From a candidate division WOR-3 bacterium (lineage in GTDB: Bacteria > Hydrothermota > Hydrothermia > LBFQ01), in NCBI GenBank assembly GCA_027050205.1, contig JALUCS010000104.1, positions 1 to 64,000 on the forward strand: a DNA stretch of 64,000 nucleotides, read 5' to 3'. Below the pieces are notes generated by a model, which was given only the letters and a program-made list of their open reading frames with translations, was not told the DNA's origin and ran no database searches. Of this stretch, positions 61,299 to 64,000 are shown piece after piece. Position numbers and translations under genes: made by a program. The number at the start of each line of letters is the position of its first letter. Position 1 is the stretch's first letter.

Positions 61299-62624
61299 AT
61301 GAAACGGGTTTGGATAGAGGATCTCGGAAACTTCGTCGGTGAAGAGGTTGAGATAAGGGGTTGGTTGTTCAACAAGAGGTCCGCCGGAAAGGTCAGGTTC
61401 CTGATAGTCAGGGATGGTACGGGTTTCCTCCAGGTGGTTATGGTGAAGAGCGACCTCCCACCGGAGGTGTTCAACCTGTACGATGAGGTGACCTACGAGG
61501 ACGCCGTAGTGGTTAGGGGGGTGGTCAGGAAGGACAAGAGGGCGCCCGGCGGGTACGAGCTTCAGATGACAGACCTGAAGATACACTCCAAGGTCTTGGA
61601 GACCTACCCCATTCCTAAGGTCAGGCCGGAGAACATACCGGACATCGGGAAGCTCTTCAAGTTCCGTCACCTCTGGATAAGGTCCCGTAAGCAGTGGGCC
61701 ACCCTACGGATAAGGGACGAGGTGGAGAGGGCCATTCAGGACTTCTTCGCATCCCGGAAGTTCGTGAGGTTTGACCCGCCGATATTTACGCCATCGTCCG
61801 TGGAGGGGACGACTACCCTGTTTCCCGTACCCTACTTTGAGGAGGGGGAAGTGTATCTGACCCAGTCCGGCCAGCTCTACCTTGAGGCCGGGGCTATGGC
61901 CCTCGGTAAGGTCTATTCCTTCGGTCCAACCTTCAGGGCGGAGAAGTCCCGTACCCGCAGGCATCTGACGGAGTTCTGGATGGTGGAGCCGGAGGTCGCC
62001 TGGGCCACCTTGGAGGACATAATGGAACTGGCGGAGGACCTCGTGGTGTATATCGTGGAGAGGGTCCTGGAGAACAGGCGGACGGAGCTGGAGATCCTCA
62101 ACAGGGACATCTCCAAACTTGAGGCCGTGAAAAAACCCTTCCCGAGGATAACTTACGATGAGGCCGTCCGTATTCTGATGGAGGAGAAGGAGAAGGGACG
62201 GGACATAGATTTCCGGTACGGTGAGGACTTCGGAAGCGACGAGGAGACGGTTATATCCGAGAGGTACGATCGTCCCGTTATGATAACCCACTACCCCCGT
62301 ACCATCAAGCCCTTCTATATGAAACCCGACCCCGACGACCCGACCAAGGTCCTCTGCGTGGATGTCATAGCACCGGAGGGCTACGGTGAGATAATCGGGG
62401 GGAGCCAGAGGGAGGACGATTACGAAGCCCTGCTGCGCCGAATAAGGGAGGAGAACCTCCCCGAAGAGGAGTACTCGTGGTACTTGGACCTGCGCAAGTA
62501 CGGCTCCGTACCCCATTCCGGTTTCGGTCTCGGCGTAGAGAGGACCGTGGCGTGGCTAGCCGGGGCTTCCCACGTGCGCGAGGTAATACCTTTCGCCCGG
62601 ACACCAGACAGGGTTAGACCGTAA
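61299..62624 (+). CDS. asnS: Asparagine-tRNA ligase
   Basis: 'RDGTG', 'LTQSGQLY', 'FRAEKSRTRRHL.EFWM.EPE', 'GGSQRE', 'PHSGFGLG'. Confidence 0.96.
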   Translation: MKRVWIEDLGNFVGEEVEIRGWLFNKRSAGKVRFLIVRDGTGFLQVVMVKSDLPPEVFNLYDEVTYEDAVVVRGVVRKDKRAPGGYELQMTDLKIHSKVLETYPIPKVRPENIPDIGKLFKFRHLWIRSRKQWATLRIRDEVERAIQDFFASRKFVRFDPPIFTPSSVEGTTTLFPVPYFEEGEVYLTQSGQLYLEAGAMALGKVYSFGPTFRAEKSRTRRHLTEFWMVEPEVAWATLEDIMELAEDLVVYIVERVLENRRTELEILNRDISKLEAVKKPFPRITYDEAVRILMEEKEKGRDIDFRYGEDFGSDEETVISERYDRPVMITHYPRTIKPFYMKPDPDDPTKVLCVDVIAPEGYGEIIGGSQREDDYEALLRRIREENLPEEEYSWYLDLRKYGSVPHSGFGLGVERTVAWLAGASHVREVIPFARTPDRVRP

Positions 62625-62626
62625 GT

Positions 62627-63607
62627 ATGCCTGCTACCGTAAAGTTCTTGGAGGAGTTAGAGAGGGCCTTCAAGAAGGGTGATATAGATCAGATCATCCC
62701 CCTCGGTGTCAGGATGCTCCATATGGGATGGTTGAGTAAGATGGACTGGTTCCTTGAGAGGTTTAACAGACTTATGGAGGACCTGTCCCCCGAAGATTTG
62801 AAGAAGGTTGAGGAGAATAGGTTTATTATCCTGTTCAAGGTCGTTATGCACGTCGTGAGGGATATGGAACCCGACAAGGCCATCCCCTACCTCCGGGATC
62901 CCGAAGCCCTAATAGAGAGACGGATATTCCACGAGTACCTCGGAAACCACCCACGGGCGTACTACTACTTGAGGCGCGGGGAGAAGGAAATGAACCTTAC
63001 GGGGTTCTGGGCGGACATAAGGAAGATATATATGCGGATATACCGGGGGCAGAAGGTCAGGATAGAGGAGGTGGAGGCCCTTGAGACGAGCGAGGACGAG
63101 TTGGAGTTCGTCGCCCAGGTTATAACGAAGGCCTACACCATCGCTCTCCACCATCTCCTGTTCGGTGACATATCCACCGAAACCTTTGACCGTATAAAGA
63201 AGGCCGTCATATACGGCTTGAGTGAGAACTACGATCACACCACATCAAGGCTCCTTCAAGTCTTCATACCCTTGGCCGTTGAGATAGGGAGGGTGGGACT
63301 CGCCAGGAGATTCTTGAACGCCGTAATCTCCACGTCTCAAACCGAGAGGAACAGGTACATGTACGAGTGGTTCACGATGTACCGGATGGCCTTGGAGGGG
63401 GGAGATAGGGAGGTGCTGAAGCGGAAAGCCGCTTTCTATCAGGACAAGGGATATAAGGGACACGAGGTCTTGGCAAGGAGCATATCGCACCTCCTTGGCG
63501 GCGGGGACGAGGATAACCTTAAACGTATAAGGGAGCTCAAAGAGAGGTACTGGCACCACCATACGGTTAGATTCGCAGAGGCCCTAATCGGGAAGCCGCT
63601 TCCATAA
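62627..63607 (+). CDS. Hypothetical all-helical protein
   Basis: Long ORF 2 nt after asnS with host-like codon usage. Confidence 0.6.
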   Translation: MPATVKFLEELERAFKKGDIDQIIPLGVRMLHMGWLSKMDWFLERFNRLMEDLSPEDLKKVEENRFIILFKVVMHVVRDMEPDKAIPYLRDPEALIERRIFHEYLGNHPRAYYYLRRGEKEMNLTGFWADIRKIYMRIYRGQKVRIEEVEALETSEDELEFVAQVITKAYTIALHHLLFGDISTETFDRIKKAVIYGLSENYDHTTSRLLQVFIPLAVEIGRVGLARRFLNAVISTSQTERNRYMYEWFTMYRMALEGGDREVLKRKAAFYQDKGYKGHEVLARSISHLLGGGDEDNLKRIRELKERYWHHHTVRFAEALIGKPLP

Positions 63608-63668
63608 AGGGCGGCAAAGGGGACATCTCCAGCCTTAAAATTTCGGTACATTCAAAGGGAGGTTTGGA

Positions 63669-64000
63669 ATGGCCGTTGCCGGACGGAAGGAAATTCTTAC
63701 TTATGAAGACTATTTGAGCCTTGAGGATGATAAGAGGTACGAACTTATAAACGGGAGGTTGATAGAGGTTCCCACGCCGGGTTTTGAGCATCAGTCCGTT
63801 CTGGGACACTTCTCCGTGAAGATATGGGAGGCGGTTAAAAAGGGAAGTCTGGGGGAGGTTCTCCCGGCTCCCTTTGACGTTATCCTTTCCGAGACTGTGG
63901 TTGTCCAGCCCGATATAGTTTTCATATCCAGCGATAACCTGAAGAACATCAAAAACGGGCGTCTCTTTGGTTCCCCGGACCTGGTGGTTGAGATAGTTTC
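63669..64000 (+). CDS. Uma2/DUF820 family endonuclease, 3' truncated by window edge
   Basis: MAVAGRKEILTYEDY..RYELINGRL..P...HQ..APFDVIL....VQPDI..PDLVVEI; SD GGAGGT. Confidence 0.88.
   Translation, partial: MAVAGRKEILTYEDYLSLEDDKRYELINGRLIEVPTPGFEHQSVLGHFSVKIWEAVKKGSLGEVLPAPFDVILSETVVVQPDIVFISSDNLKNIKNGRLFGSPDLVVEIV

Overview
Gene-dense chromosomal segment of a GC-rich, probably thermophilic, diderm bacterium. T9SS-like C-terminal tails, the alternative GlmU-like gene and an FG-GAP protein suggest an FCB-related lineage such as WOR-3/Hydrothermae; this is inference only. The window is mostly housekeeping and envelope genes: nth, icd, osmC, thiI, hldA-like, rimP-nusA-infB, pheS, rplT, gyrA, wecB, gatC, tRNA-Gln(UUG), tig, a 2-oxoacid:ferredoxin oxidoreductase operon, gltA, dcd and asnS. 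It also has many secreted beta-propeller or beta-barrel-like proteins. I see no CRISPR array, integrase, transposase or reverse transcriptase. Most notable: (1) a DUF6884-like plus divergent TGT/DpdA-like gene pair, a candidate nucleic-acid base-exchange module; (2) nine AT-richer intergenic islands built from shared diverged modules, including helically phased 22-bp units with an AAGTnnnACTT palindromic core; (3) pervasive TANAAT -10 boxes 5-12 nt before start codons with no Shine-Dalgarno, implying mostly leaderless mRNAs, often with ultra-short signal peptides; (4) gatC starting 2 nt after the tRNA-Gln discriminator base; (5) a tandem gene duplication bounded by three copies of a 14-bp promoter sequence; (6) strong TCGA avoidance. 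All calls come from reading motifs by eye; no searches were run.
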